This document shows, piece by piece, positions 27,827-36,737 of a stretch of 64,000 nucleotides of DNA (position 1 is its first letter; each line of letters starts with the position of its first letter). A model generated the notes under the pieces. It ran no database searches. It was not told the DNA's origin and saw nothing but the letters and a program-made list of their open reading frames with translations. Made by a program: the position numbers and the translations under genes. Source of the stretch: Escherichia phage EC_OE_11; the sequence record OQ108497.1, one strand, 5' to 3'.

Positions 27827-28059
27827 TACACATTCTCCTCTTTTACCAATTCCATCGTTGAACTATCAAAACCATCTTTAGAAGAATAGGTATAGACAGG
27901 ACGTAGTTCTCGCAGGACAGTGAATACATTAGGATCATCTAACCAAGCATCCTGGAGGAGAACATAACGATCTTCATTGTCGTACTGGACAGCAATCATA
28001 GAACCAGACAGTTTGTAAATTTTAATATTCATAATATATTTCTCCTTAAAGTAGACCAC
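27826..28059 (-). CDS. hypothetical protein
   Basis: 77 aa ORF, translationally coupled. Confidence 0.25.
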   Translation of the reverse strand: MVYFKEKYIMNIKIYKLSGSMIAVQYDNEDRYVLLQDAWLDDPNVFTVLRELRPVYTYSSKDGFDSSTMELVKEENV

Positions 28060-29149
28060 GTTTAACAGTTTGAATCATACCATCTTCAAGAGATTGTACT
28101 TCTTGGATGTAATCAATACGAGCAGCACGGGCTTCAGTGTTGATTCGGTTAGTTTCTTCCAACATTTTAACTAAGTTTTCTTGATCGCGACGTAGTGTTT
28201 CAATATCCAATACTTGACGATTAGCAAGTTGTGTAGCTTCAATTTGGTTTTGTGCAGCCAGATCACTACCCATTGCAATAGCAGCATTAAATTCATTCAG
28301 TACATTGTTCTGTGTATCGGCTGCTTTCTTCTGGCGTAGACTTTCAATATACATAGAAAAGTTTGCAGAGTAAGCAGGGATAACATTATTCACAATGTTA
28401 CGTGCTGATCGCATCAAACTTGCAGATACTTTCTGCATACTTTGTACACGTGGCCCCATCTGAACACACAGTAAACGCAAGGCTTTCAGGTCTGCAATAC
28501 GAATTTCAAGCAGATCCATAGTATCACGAGTACGTTGACGCTCTTCTACTTCATTTTCAGGTAGAGTATTAAGGCGAACTTCTTCTTTTTCATAAGTAGC
28601 TGTTAGAAGCTCTATATCCCTGTTTAAGCTAAGAGCATATTTTGCAATAGCCTCTTCTAAACGTTGCAGATATCGTAAAGAATCTTCTTCTTTTTTCAAG
28701 TCTGTTTGGAGTGTCTTTACCAAACCTTCAATACGATTATTGATGGTGTCAAACTCTCCAAACAAATCTTCTTTCATACCTAACACTTTCTTAACTAGCT
28801 TACCTAAACCTTTAGATTGTTTAATAGAATTAGGATCAAGTTGCTTTGCTTGCTTAATAAGTGCAGTTAAACGTTCACTCATTTCATCTCCCTGGGATGA
28901 ACGCTGGTGTTTAAGCACTTCAGCATTAAGGTTACGAAGAGTAAGTCCTGCATCAGCACCAACTTGTTCAATCTCTTCACGAGACATTGGAGGCAGCATT
29001 TGTACAGGTCGTGCAACAGCAGGTGCATATACAGGGCTTGCATCCATAGCACTTGGAGCAAACAAAGACTTACTCTTTTCTGTTGTTGCCGTGAATACAC
29101 TCATTTCAGACGGTTTGCTTTTTACGGCACTGATAAAAGGACTGGACAT
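28046..29149 (-). CDS. TelA-like (toxic anion resistance/KlaB-like) protein
   Basis: 367 aa, mostly helical/coiled-coil, size and composition like the TelA family; within TerD/TerC neighbourhood. Assigned by context and composition, not alignment. Confidence 0.4.
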   Translation of the reverse strand: MSSPFISAVKSKPSEMSVFTATTEKSKSLFAPSAMDASPVYAPAVARPVQMLPPMSREEIEQVGADAGLTLRNLNAEVLKHQRSSQGDEMSERLTALIKQAKQLDPNSIKQSKGLGKLVKKVLGMKEDLFGEFDTINNRIEGLVKTLQTDLKKEEDSLRYLQRLEEAIAKYALSLNRDIELLTATYEKEEVRLNTLPENEVEERQRTRDTMDLLEIRIADLKALRLLCVQMGPRVQSMQKVSASLMRSARNIVNNVIPAYSANFSMYIESLRQKKAADTQNNVLNEFNAAIAMGSDLAAQNQIEATQLANRQVLDIETLRRDQENLVKMLEETNRINTEARAARIDYIQEVQSLEDGMIQTVKRGLL

Positions 29150-29217
29150 TCAATTTCCTCCATATTCTTTAGTAGATGGTGATACCTCTGTACCACCATC
29201 ATAACACAAATTAAGTA

Positions 29218-30069
29218 TTAAACAAACATATCTAAATAATTTGTAGTAATAAATGCTCCATCTGCTTCCAGATTAACATAACCAGTAGCATTAGTGGTTA
29301 AGAAATCCAGATCGAAGGACTCTTTAACACCCCGTACCTCAACACGAGAGATATCGAATACAGGTAGTGTAACAGCCTCTTCGTGCAATACCGTACCTTT
29401 GTAGGTTGCCTTAATGATAAACTTGATATTACCCGTTCCAGCATCATACAAAACACTTTCAAACCCTTTGAGAGTATATTTATCACCAGAAGTGAAGTGC
29501 AAAGTTGCTTTGTTTACAGTACGTTTTTTACGAGGAGTTCCTTTCACACGTTTATGATCACTACGTTTTTTGTATTTAGGAATGAATACAAACGATACAC
29601 TCTCAAGAAAGGTATCAACATCAAGGATTTTAATATCCTCTGTTGCAGCAAATTTTGAAGTCGTTGCATCAAAATGCTTTCCCCTGCGATCATACATAAA
29701 GATATCAAACCGATCTTCTAAATCAAACAAATTATGTATCTTAATTTCAGAATGCTTGCACATTGCAGCAACCTTAAACTCTTCAAAACGTGGGTGTTCT
29801 ACCAGTTCTTCAAGTTTTACACCAAAGACAGTATATGGTTTCGAAGTTTTTTCTGGTGTTGGCATTACAGAAGCATAATCACCGATTGCGCTCTTAAAGC
29901 AAAATTGTTCTTGACCTGTATTTTTACCAACGAATTTACAGTATTCGTCATCGTGCATGCTTTCCTTGGTAGTACCAACAAACTCAAAACCATCTTTATT
30001 CTTCTCAAGAATTTCTTGATTAAAGATCCAACCTTCCAGGCGATACACTTTACCAACTTCTAGTTTCAT
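29218..30069 (-). CDS. hypothetical protein
   Basis: 283 aa ORF between TelA-like and lipoprotein genes. Confidence 0.3.
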   Translation of the reverse strand: MKLEVGKVYRLEGWIFNQEILEKNKDGFEFVGTTKESMHDDEYCKFVGKNTGQEQFCFKSAIGDYASVMPTPEKTSKPYTVFGVKLEELVEHPRFEEFKVAAMCKHSEIKIHNLFDLEDRFDIFMYDRRGKHFDATTSKFAATEDIKILDVDTFLESVSFVFIPKYKKRSDHKRVKGTPRKKRTVNKATLHFTSGDKYTLKGFESVLYDAGTGNIKFIIKATYKGTVLHEEAVTLPVFDISRVEVRGVKESFDLDFLTTNATGYVNLEADGAFITTNYLDMFV

Positions 30070-30104
30070 CTGTTTCTCCTTCTTGTTTAATCTGTATTAA
30101 ATTA

Positions 30105-30695
30105 TTAACGACGACGTGAGCTACTAAAACTACGTTTCGACGAAGAATAACTTTTCGAAGACTTACTATAAGAGCTAATAGGACTTGAGTAAGACTTACG
30201 AGCAGAGTAATCACTATTCACTTTTGTTGTTGATGGGCGTGAATACGTTTGTACACTTTGCTGCTTAATTGTGTTTTGTTTAGTGGTTGTATATGTATTT
30301 ACAGGTTTATCATAAAAACTACGCTTTTGTGTTGTATATGATTTACTGTTAGTTGTAGGAGCAGCATTGTTATTAATAATGGTTGTATTGCTACCACCAT
30401 CTCTATAACCACCACCGCCACTATTACCACTCAACATATGACCAAGAAGCATACCTGTAGCAAATTCACCTACACCAGAAGAACTACTACCGCCTCCTTG
30501 CACAACAACTGTTGAAGGTTGTGCAGGTGCTGCTTGAACAACTTGAGGTGCAGGTTGATTTACATATTGTTCATCTACCATCTGATTTGGTGTTTGTTGG
30601 TAACGTTGATTTTGTACATTTTCAGAATCATCACAACCTACCAGCAATACACTACCTAATACAACTGCAACAATAAAAGATTTAATGTTTTTCAT
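30105..30695 (-). CDS. lipoprotein with Ser/Gln/Tyr-rich low-complexity region
   Basis: Start set at ATG 30695 behind GAGAGGG RBS; signal peptide plus lipobox (SVLLVGC); long Q/S/Y/T-rich tail. Confidence 0.45.
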   Translation of the reverse strand: MKNIKSFIVAVVLGSVLLVGCDDSENVQNQRYQQTPNQMVDEQYVNQPAPQVVQAAPAQPSTVVVQGGGSSSSGVGEFATGMLLGHMLSGNSGGGGYRDGGSNTTIINNNAAPTTNSKSYTTQKRSFYDKPVNTYTTTKQNTIKQQSVQTYSRPSTTKVNSDYSARKSYSSPISSYSKSSKSYSSSKRSFSSSRRR

Positions 30696-30888
30696 TTGTA
30701 ACCCTCTCATTTAAAGTCTCAACACAATTTTTAAAATCCCTAGAGAAACAATACATCTGTTCTCCGTTCCTGTTGATAGTAATTGTATGATTATCAATGT
30801 ATGTTGTCAAGATAAAAATCAAACAAAATAACCCTAAAGCAAAACAAATATTTTCAAACAGAATCCAAAGAACACGTAAAACCACCAT
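30682..30888 (-). CDS. small membrane protein
   Basis: 68 aa with hydrophobic FALGLFCLIFILTTYI segment. Confidence 0.3.
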   Translation of the reverse strand: MVVLRVLWILFENICFALGLFCLIFILTTYIDNHTITINRNGEQMYCFSRDFKNCVETLNERVTNEKH

Positions 30889-30904
30889 CAGATCACCTCA
30901 ACAA

Positions 30905-30922
30905 AGCCCCCGAAGGGGCTTA
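30905..30922 (-). terminator. GC hairpin downstream of TerC-like gene
   Basis: AGCCCC-CGAA-GGGGCT stem-loop. Confidence 0.4.
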
Positions 30923-30927
30923 ATGAA

Positions 30928-31905
30928 TTAAGCAACAGCCTGGTCTTCTTTTTCAGGGAAGATTAAACTTGCAATGACACCCAGCCCCAGAGTACCTAAC
31001 ACAATATACATACTGATCGTCGGATCAATGTGTGCTGGCAGGAAACTCACTTTTGCGTGCAGAGTTTCTGCAAACGGGTGATACATCAGTTTTACACCCA
31101 CAAATACCAGGACTACGATAACTGCTTTCTCCAGATGAACCAAATATTTCAGTGCAACACTAAGGACAAAGAACAGAGCACGTAGACCTAAAATTGCACA
31201 CAGCATTGAAGAAAATACAAGCAGAGGTTCTTGTGTCACTGCAATTACTGCTGGAACAGAGTCTACTGCAAAGATTACGTCAACCATTTCCATTACAAAC
31301 ACACAAACCAGAGCCGGAGTTGCTACACGAACACCATTTTTGATTGTGAAGAACTTCTCACCATCCATCTGATCAGATACAGGGAACAGCTTACGAACAA
31401 TGCGAGTAGCCCAGTGTTTAGAGTAATCAACTTCTGCGTCATTATCTCCAGCGAATACCATTTTAGCTGCACAGAAAAGGATGACCGCACCGAAGAAGAT
31501 ATTAACATACCAGCCCAAACTCAACAAATAAGTGCCTACTGCTACAAACACACCTCGGAAGACAATCGCACCTGCAATACCCCAAAGTAGAATCTTGTGT
31601 TGCAAGTGTGTGCTTTTAATACCAAAACTTGCGAATACTGCCACAAATACTACTAAGTTATCTACAGAAAGAGATTTCTCCAACACATATCCACTCAAGA
31701 ACAAGCTCGCAAAATCAGCACCGTGCTGGAAGTATACAAAACCATAGTAGGCTAATGATACCCCAATCCAGAAAATTGACCAACCAATTGCAGATTTAAA
31801 TGAAATTTCTTTGTTTTCTCTGTGTCCAAAGAAATCAATACAAATCGACAACACTAAAATACCCACTAAAACAACCACATCAATAATTGGGAAACCCAGT
31901 TGCAT
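30928..31905 (-). CDS. TerC-family integral membrane protein
   Basis: 325 aa, multiple TM helices; duplicated TerC signature (LEKSLSVDNLVVF and EMVDVIFAVDSVPAVIAVT). Confidence 0.7.
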   Translation of the reverse strand: MQLGFPIIDVVVLVGILVLSICIDFFGHRENKEISFKSAIGWSIFWIGVSLAYYGFVYFQHGADFASLFLSGYVLEKSLSVDNLVVFVAVFASFGIKSTHLQHKILLWGIAGAIVFRGVFVAVGTYLLSLGWYVNIFFGAVILFCAAKMVFAGDNDAEVDYSKHWATRIVRKLFPVSDQMDGEKFFTIKNGVRVATPALVCVFVMEMVDVIFAVDSVPAVIAVTQEPLLVFSSMLCAILGLRALFFVLSVALKYLVHLEKAVIVVLVFVGVKLMYHPFAETLHAKVSFLPAHIDPTISMYIVLGTLGLGVIASLIFPEKEDQAVA

Positions 31906-31982
31906 TCTTATCTCCTCTTTAATGCGGAGGACAATCCTCCGCTCTATGTCTTATACTATAAACTGTTTTTAAAGAAAGTCAA

Positions 31983-32231
31983 CTAGTTCAGTTCTGTAAT
32001 TTTAAGTTTATCTTCTTTGTTAATGATAGGGAAAGCTACAGCATCACCTACGTCATCAATAAAGCAAATAGCAAGACCACCTTCCACTTTACTAATCTGA
32101 CCCTTAAAGGCGCGATACGGGGCAGGAACTTTATCTCCATCTTCAAGGATAATAGCCTCGTAAACCTTGCCGATAGTACAATCACGAGTGTTTCTAAATT
32201 TTTCAAGCACTTCAACATTTACTTTACGCAT
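31983..32231 (-). CDS. hypothetical protein
   Basis: 82 aa ORF. Confidence 0.3.
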   Translation of the reverse strand: MRKVNVEVLEKFRNTRDCTIGKVYEAIILEDGDKVPAPYRAFKGQISKVEGGLAICFIDDVGDAVAFPIINKEDKLKITELN

Positions 32232-32246
32232 ATAAAAAATCCTCTC

Positions 32247-32453
32247 TTATTTGTTAGATTGAAAGATACCACGAAGTACCGCAAGAATGAACGTCACACA
32301 GACTACACTCCAAAACGTTACAGGAACATGATGCCAGTCTAAACCGATAATGTCAATCATATAGTTGTATGCTAAAAGCAGCAGCCAACTAGGGATTAAC
32401 ACAATCAAAAACACAACAATAAAACAACCTAATACTGCTAAAACACCTGCCAT
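32247..32453 (-). CDS. small membrane protein
   Basis: 68 aa, two hydrophobic helices. Confidence 0.3.
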   Translation of the reverse strand: MAGVLAVLGCFIVVFLIVLIPSWLLLLAYNYMIDIIGLDWHHVPVTFWSVVCVTFILAVLRGIFQSNK

Positions 32454-32462
32454 ACTTTCTCC

Positions 32463-33179
32463 TTATTTCAGTTTGTAAACAATTACATTTAAACCTTTGT
32501 TTACTAGAGTTTCTTCGATCATAAGTTTTACAATATTCCAAGAACCTCCAGCCAAACCACAACCAAGCATTGGTAAACCTACAATTTTACCGCCTGAAGA
32601 TACAACATCGTCTCCCATACTATCTAGCGCATTGTAGATAGCTTCATAATTCAGATCACGCTTACCTTCCTCACGACTACTATAACCATATTGTCCATAT
32701 AAATTATAAATTGTCAAATTGTTTTCTGTATATTTGGTAAACGTACCTAATTTTTTATAATCACCACGTTTAGTGGCACAATCTGCTTTAAACGCACCAG
32801 GCCACTTGCTTTTAATTTTTGGTGCAATACCACTACCCATAGTGCAAAAACAGTTACAGCAGTGTGCTATAGCGTCTATATCGCCTCTCTCGGCTGCTGC
32901 TAAAAGATCACCGTATACCTCAACGATACCTGCTGGATAACTTGTTACAATTTCATCTTCCCAGTACATTTTCTCTACACCACCGATCAGTGCAAAGTTT
33001 TGTGTAATGCGATCATCAATATAGTTAAGACCTGAAACATACACAGCGTATTCATCCTGTGCTGTAATACCTTGCACACGAATTCTTAAGACACCATCTT
33101 TATCTGTTGCTACACGCCCAAAATCTTTTTCTGTAATATTGGTGATAGGATCTCCGAAAGTCATTACTTTATTAGACAT
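32463..33179 (-). CDS. macro-domain-like protein (ADP-ribose binding/processing)
   Basis: Start set at ATG 33179 (MSNKVM), 2 nt after PRTase stop; motif GDLLAAAERGDIDAIAHCCNCFCTMGSGIA resembles the macro-domain N-terminal core (DAIVNAAN ... GGGV). Confidence 0.45.
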   Translation of the reverse strand: MSNKVMTFGDPITNITEKDFGRVATDKDGVLRIRVQGITAQDEYAVYVSGLNYIDDRITQNFALIGGVEKMYWEDEIVTSYPAGIVEVYGDLLAAAERGDIDAIAHCCNCFCTMGSGIAPKIKSKWPGAFKADCATKRGDYKKLGTFTKYTENNLTIYNLYGQYGYSSREEGKRDLNYEAIYNALDSMGDDVVSSGGKIVGLPMLGCGLAGGSWNIVKLMIEETLVNKGLNVIVYKLK

Positions 33180-34029
33180 AATAATCCCCTTTAACATTAG
33201 ATTTGTTGATAATGTTGCTTTCAAAAAATTGACGTAGGAAATCAAAGTTCTCTTTGTATTTTTCAATGTTATTGTAGCCTTCTGCAAGGCAACCAAAGAA
33301 CAGTTGTTCTACATAATACAAAGGAAGCTGTGAAAGTGCAATTTTAAAATCAACTTCGCTTTGACTCATTAGATACTTAATAGGACGAACCAAACATTTA
33401 GCATCAGTTTCTTGCTTAATCATTTTAATAAAAGCTGCCAGGTTATTGATATAGTTGAAGTTAAGTGCAGCTTCGGTGTTGGCTTCTGTACCTTCATACT
33501 TTGCAAAGTACAGGAAAAACGTATCGTTTTCAACACCTTCTTTGTCTAAAATTTCAATAAGTTTTTCTTCGTGTGTTCCTGTAATATTAACATCATCAAT
33601 GAAAATCAGAGTTTTATTACCCCAGAAATCACGATTGATAGAGAAAGTGTCACCATCGATCAAAGCCTTACGATCTTCTTTGCTAAGAAATCCATAATCA
33701 TTGATATAGCTCACTTTACGATGAACGATATCCCACTCCACTGGTTTACCACCTTTGATAGAGATTAGGTAGTTGAGGTGATCTACAAAATGTTCAGATA
33801 ACACTGTAGCTGCATTTTTCACATAGTTATATGGAGATGGAATAACAACAAAACTTTCATTTACCAGTCGTTCTTCATACTTAGAAAAGAAACTTTCAGC
33901 CAGAATGCGCCCCATTCTTTTTGCTGCCTGGTTACTACCAAACTTTAGTTTGGAATAATCTGCAATGTTAAATTTTGCTTCCTTCAGGTTAGTAAAAGTA
34001 TTAGCAAAATGTTGAATTTGATTACGCAT
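33172..34029 (-). CDS. type I phosphoribosyltransferase-like protein
   Basis: 285 aa; PRPP-binding-like motif LIFIDDVNITGTHEE (hydrophobic run, DD, then T-G-T). Confidence 0.5.
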   Translation of the reverse strand: MRNQIQHFANTFTNLKEAKFNIADYSKLKFGSNQAAKRMGRILAESFFSKYEERLVNESFVVIPSPYNYVKNAATVLSEHFVDHLNYLISIKGGKPVEWDIVHRKVSYINDYGFLSKEDRKALIDGDTFSINRDFWGNKTLIFIDDVNITGTHEEKLIEILDKEGVENDTFFLYFAKYEGTEANTEAALNFNYINNLAAFIKMIKQETDAKCLVRPIKYLMSQSEVDFKIALSQLPLYYVEQLFFGCLAEGYNNIEKYKENFDFLRQFFESNIINKSNVKGDYYV

Positions 34030-34696
34030 TAATAAGTTCCTCTTTTTTAAGTTTAGCCAACAAGTTTTCTGGATTAATAATATGACAGAACTTCATCCCT
34101 ATGTCAACAGCTTTTCCATCATAGATCAAACTATCTCCAACGTGTAAGATCTCCTCTGGTGCGAGATCAAACGTTACCATTTCATCAAAAGAGAGTTTAA
34201 AAAACCTAGGATCTGGTTTACACAAGCAAAACTCATCAGAAAAATGCATAAAGTCGAATGGTAATTTTGTCAAGCCAGAATATACAGCTAAGAAACTACC
34301 AGGTACAAAATTGGTATTGCTCTTAATACTCAAAGAATAGGTTGAACTTAGCTCTTCCAACTTCTTGCAAAGTTCAGGGTTTAATGTTGGAGGATGTTTT
34401 ATAAACATTGCTAAACAGTCTCTTTTTAACCCATCCACCTTATCAAGATCAATGTTCAAATGAGCAGAAAGTGTTTCCCAAGCATTTCTAGATGTTCCAC
34501 AAATGCCTTTTTCTGCTTTTAAATCCAAGAGAGTTTTTACCTCTTTATATACGGTAGCTGCTTCTACCTCAGAACAAGAGGCATACTCGGCAATAACCTT
34601 GTTGCGTTCTTCTGCATACAAAGGATTAGCAGTAATAAGAGTATTCCATACATCAAAAGAAATATGCTTAACAGTCATTTTTAATCCTCCGTCCAA
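34022..34696 (-). CDS. HAD-superfamily hydrolase-like protein
   Basis: 224 aa in ORF track (true start probably the internal ATG at MTVKH); motif ISFDVWNTL resembles HAD motif I (DxDxT); C-terminal HVGDSLIYDGK resembles motif IV. Confidence 0.45.
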   Translation of the reverse strand: MDGGLKMTVKHISFDVWNTLITANPLYAEERNKVIAEYASCSEVEAATVYKEVKTLLDLKAEKGICGTSRNAWETLSAHLNIDLDKVDGLKRDCLAMFIKHPPTLNPELCKKLEELSSTYSLSIKSNTNFVPGSFLAVYSGLTKLPFDFMHFSDEFCLCKPDPRFFKLSFDEMVTFDLAPEEILHVGDSLIYDGKAVDIGMKFCHIINPENLLAKLKKEELINA

Positions 34697-34836
34697 AAGA
34701 ATATCATCTGCTTAATTTTATTGATCTCTTGATGTAGTAACTTTCCAGCATGTAATTGATCTTTAATATTGACAGCAAGAATTTCAAGCTCCGTCAGTTT
34801 TTCTTGGATAGCTTTATATTCATCATCTGTAAGCAT
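34681..34836 (-). CDS. hypothetical small protein
   Basis: 51 aa ORF (below ORF-track cutoff), AAGGGGAAGAAA upstream of ATG. Confidence 0.25.
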   Translation of the reverse strand: MLTDDEYKAIQEKLTELEILAVNIKDQLHAGKLLHQEINKIKQMIFFWTED

Positions 34837-34847
34837 TTTCTTCCCCT

Positions 34848-35051
34848 TTAGAATGGTAATCTTTGTATGTCACTTGTCCCCACACCAAGAAGTCTAGCAA
34901 TATCCTTATCTAAAAGCAACTCTTTTTGTTCTAAAATGTTAATCAGATCTCCTAATACTTCTTTAATGTCACGATCATTTTTAGCAACGTGACCACCTGC
35001 GGTATCAACTTTATCTTTAAAAATAAAATAATGATCCATAATACCCTCCAT
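34848..35051 (-). CDS. hypothetical protein
   Basis: 67 aa ORF. Confidence 0.25.
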   Translation of the reverse strand: MEGIMDHYFIFKDKVDTAGGHVAKNDRDIKEVLGDLINILEQKELLLDKDIARLLGVGTSDIQRLPF

Positions 35052-35058
35052 ATAAATA

Positions 35059-35080
35059 AAGGAGGCTTTCGCCTCCTTTT
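35059..35080 (-). terminator. rho-independent terminator-like hairpin after AAA ATPase gene
   Basis: AGGAGGC-TTTC-GCCTCCT, followed on minus strand by TTTATTTAT. Confidence 0.5.
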
Positions 35081-35085
35081 ATCAC

Positions 35086-36246
35086 TTAGTAAGAACGACC
35101 ACCAAACACATACTCTGTGTAGTTTTTACGTTCTTTGTTTTTAATAACAACTTCAATGTTGTTACCTTTATCATCGGTGAACATAAAGTGATAACCGTCA
35201 CCACCCATTGTACGGATGTGTTTTTCATCATACGTTAGCAAGATACGGTCTACACCCCAGTAGTAGTCACCTTCTTCATCTTTATCTTCTACGGTAACGA
35301 TCCCTTCCATTTCAGGAAGATGCTCTTCACCTAGTTTATGGTCTACAGCTACAACATAACGATTACCACTAAACAAACCTTGTGCTGTCATACCGTCAAT
35401 ATCGGTATCTGCCGAAACATCTCCTGTACGATCTACACCGTTAACTTTCAGAAGTTTAACCTCTTTTGCAGCATAGCGGTGTTCAGTAATACTGATACCC
35501 ATTAGTGCAAGTGCATCAGAGAATTTGTCATTAGGGTAACGGTTAAGTTCTTCTACTAATGACTGAACAATATCAAAGTTCAAATCCACGGAGAGATTAT
35601 AAAGCGTTTCAAAGTCTGGTAAGAAGGCTTTGTTCTCCAGATTTTTAGCCAGATAATCATCCATAGTAGCTTTAGGTAGTTTCTTATAGCTAAAACTGTA
35701 GAAAATACGGCTAGGACGATTACGCAAAAATTCTGATACATAACCATCATTTTTAGTCAATACAAACAGTTTGTCGTAGCCACCAACACCATCCAGCAGG
35801 GTAAGCAAACCATCTTGTGCATCTTTTTCAGCATACAGTTTATCAAATTCATCGATCATAATCATTACAGGTTGTGTGATTTTAGACATAAAATTGATAA
35901 AGCCTTCACCATTAAAAGCACTGCCGATAGAAATAGTAGGAATACCCATTTCACGAAGAGCAGAAGACAGCATTTTAGCTTGCAAAGTTTTACCGCTACC
36001 TTTCGTACCTTCAAGGAGAACACCTGTGTTTTTACCTTTGCGGCTAAGGAACGTTTTGATAATACGTTCTGATTTATCATCAGTATCACCGTATGTTACT
36101 GAAGGGACTTCCATATCGTTTTTAGGATACAGGAAGAACTCACCACTTTGAGTAACACCTACACCAAAAGTTCCTGCTGGAATTTCTTCAATATCTGTAC
36201 CAGATTTCTGACGCAGGAAGATTTGATTGCCGAATACTGTAAACAT
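35086..36246 (-). CDS. AAA-type ATPase (paralog 1)
   Basis: 386 aa; Walker A GTKGSGKT; Walker B-like IMIDEFDK; paralogous to 49973..51100 along most of the length. Confidence 0.5.
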   Translation of the reverse strand: MFTVFGNQIFLRQKSGTDIEEIPAGTFGVGVTQSGEFFLYPKNDMEVPSVTYGDTDDKSERIIKTFLSRKGKNTGVLLEGTKGSGKTLQAKMLSSALREMGIPTISIGSAFNGEGFINFMSKITQPVMIMIDEFDKLYAEKDAQDGLLTLLDGVGGYDKLFVLTKNDGYVSEFLRNRPSRIFYSFSYKKLPKATMDDYLAKNLENKAFLPDFETLYNLSVDLNFDIVQSLVEELNRYPNDKFSDALALMGISITEHRYAAKEVKLLKVNGVDRTGDVSADTDIDGMTAQGLFSGNRYVVAVDHKLGEEHLPEMEGIVTVEDKDEEGDYYWGVDRILLTYDEKHIRTMGGDGYHFMFTDDKGNNIEVVIKNKERKNYTEYVFGGRSY

Positions 36247-36266
36247 AGTTTTCTCCTCTATTTAAT

Positions 36267-36737
36267 TTAGTCAGATTCCCAAATGTTGTCTTTCTTAACC
36301 CACATTCGTTGATTATCTGAACCTCTATAACGTTTCGTTGTTGGTTGATTCATATCATACTTACCATCTATCACTATGTCAACCAGTTTTTTAATTTTTT
36401 CTGGAATTTCTTCAAAAAGATATCCTGTATATAAAACAATATCTTTTTTGTTTCCAAAACAATCTCTTACCTTCTCAAGAACATACTCTACAGTGTCAAT
36501 GTTCTCTTTGTCAAGAGGTTCACCACCTAAAACTGTTAATCCTTTAATGAAAGGTCGAGATAAATCTTCCAAGATAAGATCTAATGTTTCAGCAGTGAAC
36601 TCTTGTCCGTAGTTATACGACCAGGCTTTCTGGTTAAAGCAGCCACGGCAACCGTGGCTGCAACCGCTCACCCACAAAGAGCATCTTACACCGTCACCGT
36701 TGAGCATGTCAACAGGTTCATATCCGGCGTAATTCAA
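36267..36737 (-). CDS. nrdG: anaerobic ribonucleoside-triphosphate reductase activating protein
   Basis: 156 aa; radical-SAM cluster motif CSHGCRGCFN; directly downstream of nrdD with 4 nt overlap. Confidence 0.8.
   Translation of the reverse strand: MNYAGYEPVDMLNGDGVRCSLWVSGCSHGCRGCFNQKAWSYNYGQEFTAETLDLILEDLSRPFIKGLTVLGGEPLDKENIDTVEYVLEKVRDCFGNKKDIVLYTGYLFEEIPEKIKKLVDIVIDGKYDMNQPTTKRYRGSDNQRMWVKKDNIWESD

Noticed and set aside
34660-34696. Apparent 1-nt discrepancy between my manual translation of the HAD-like gene 5-prime end and the ORF track
   Set aside because: Probably a counting error on my side in a T-run; the ORF-track frame is trusted and only the likely internal ATG start is noted.
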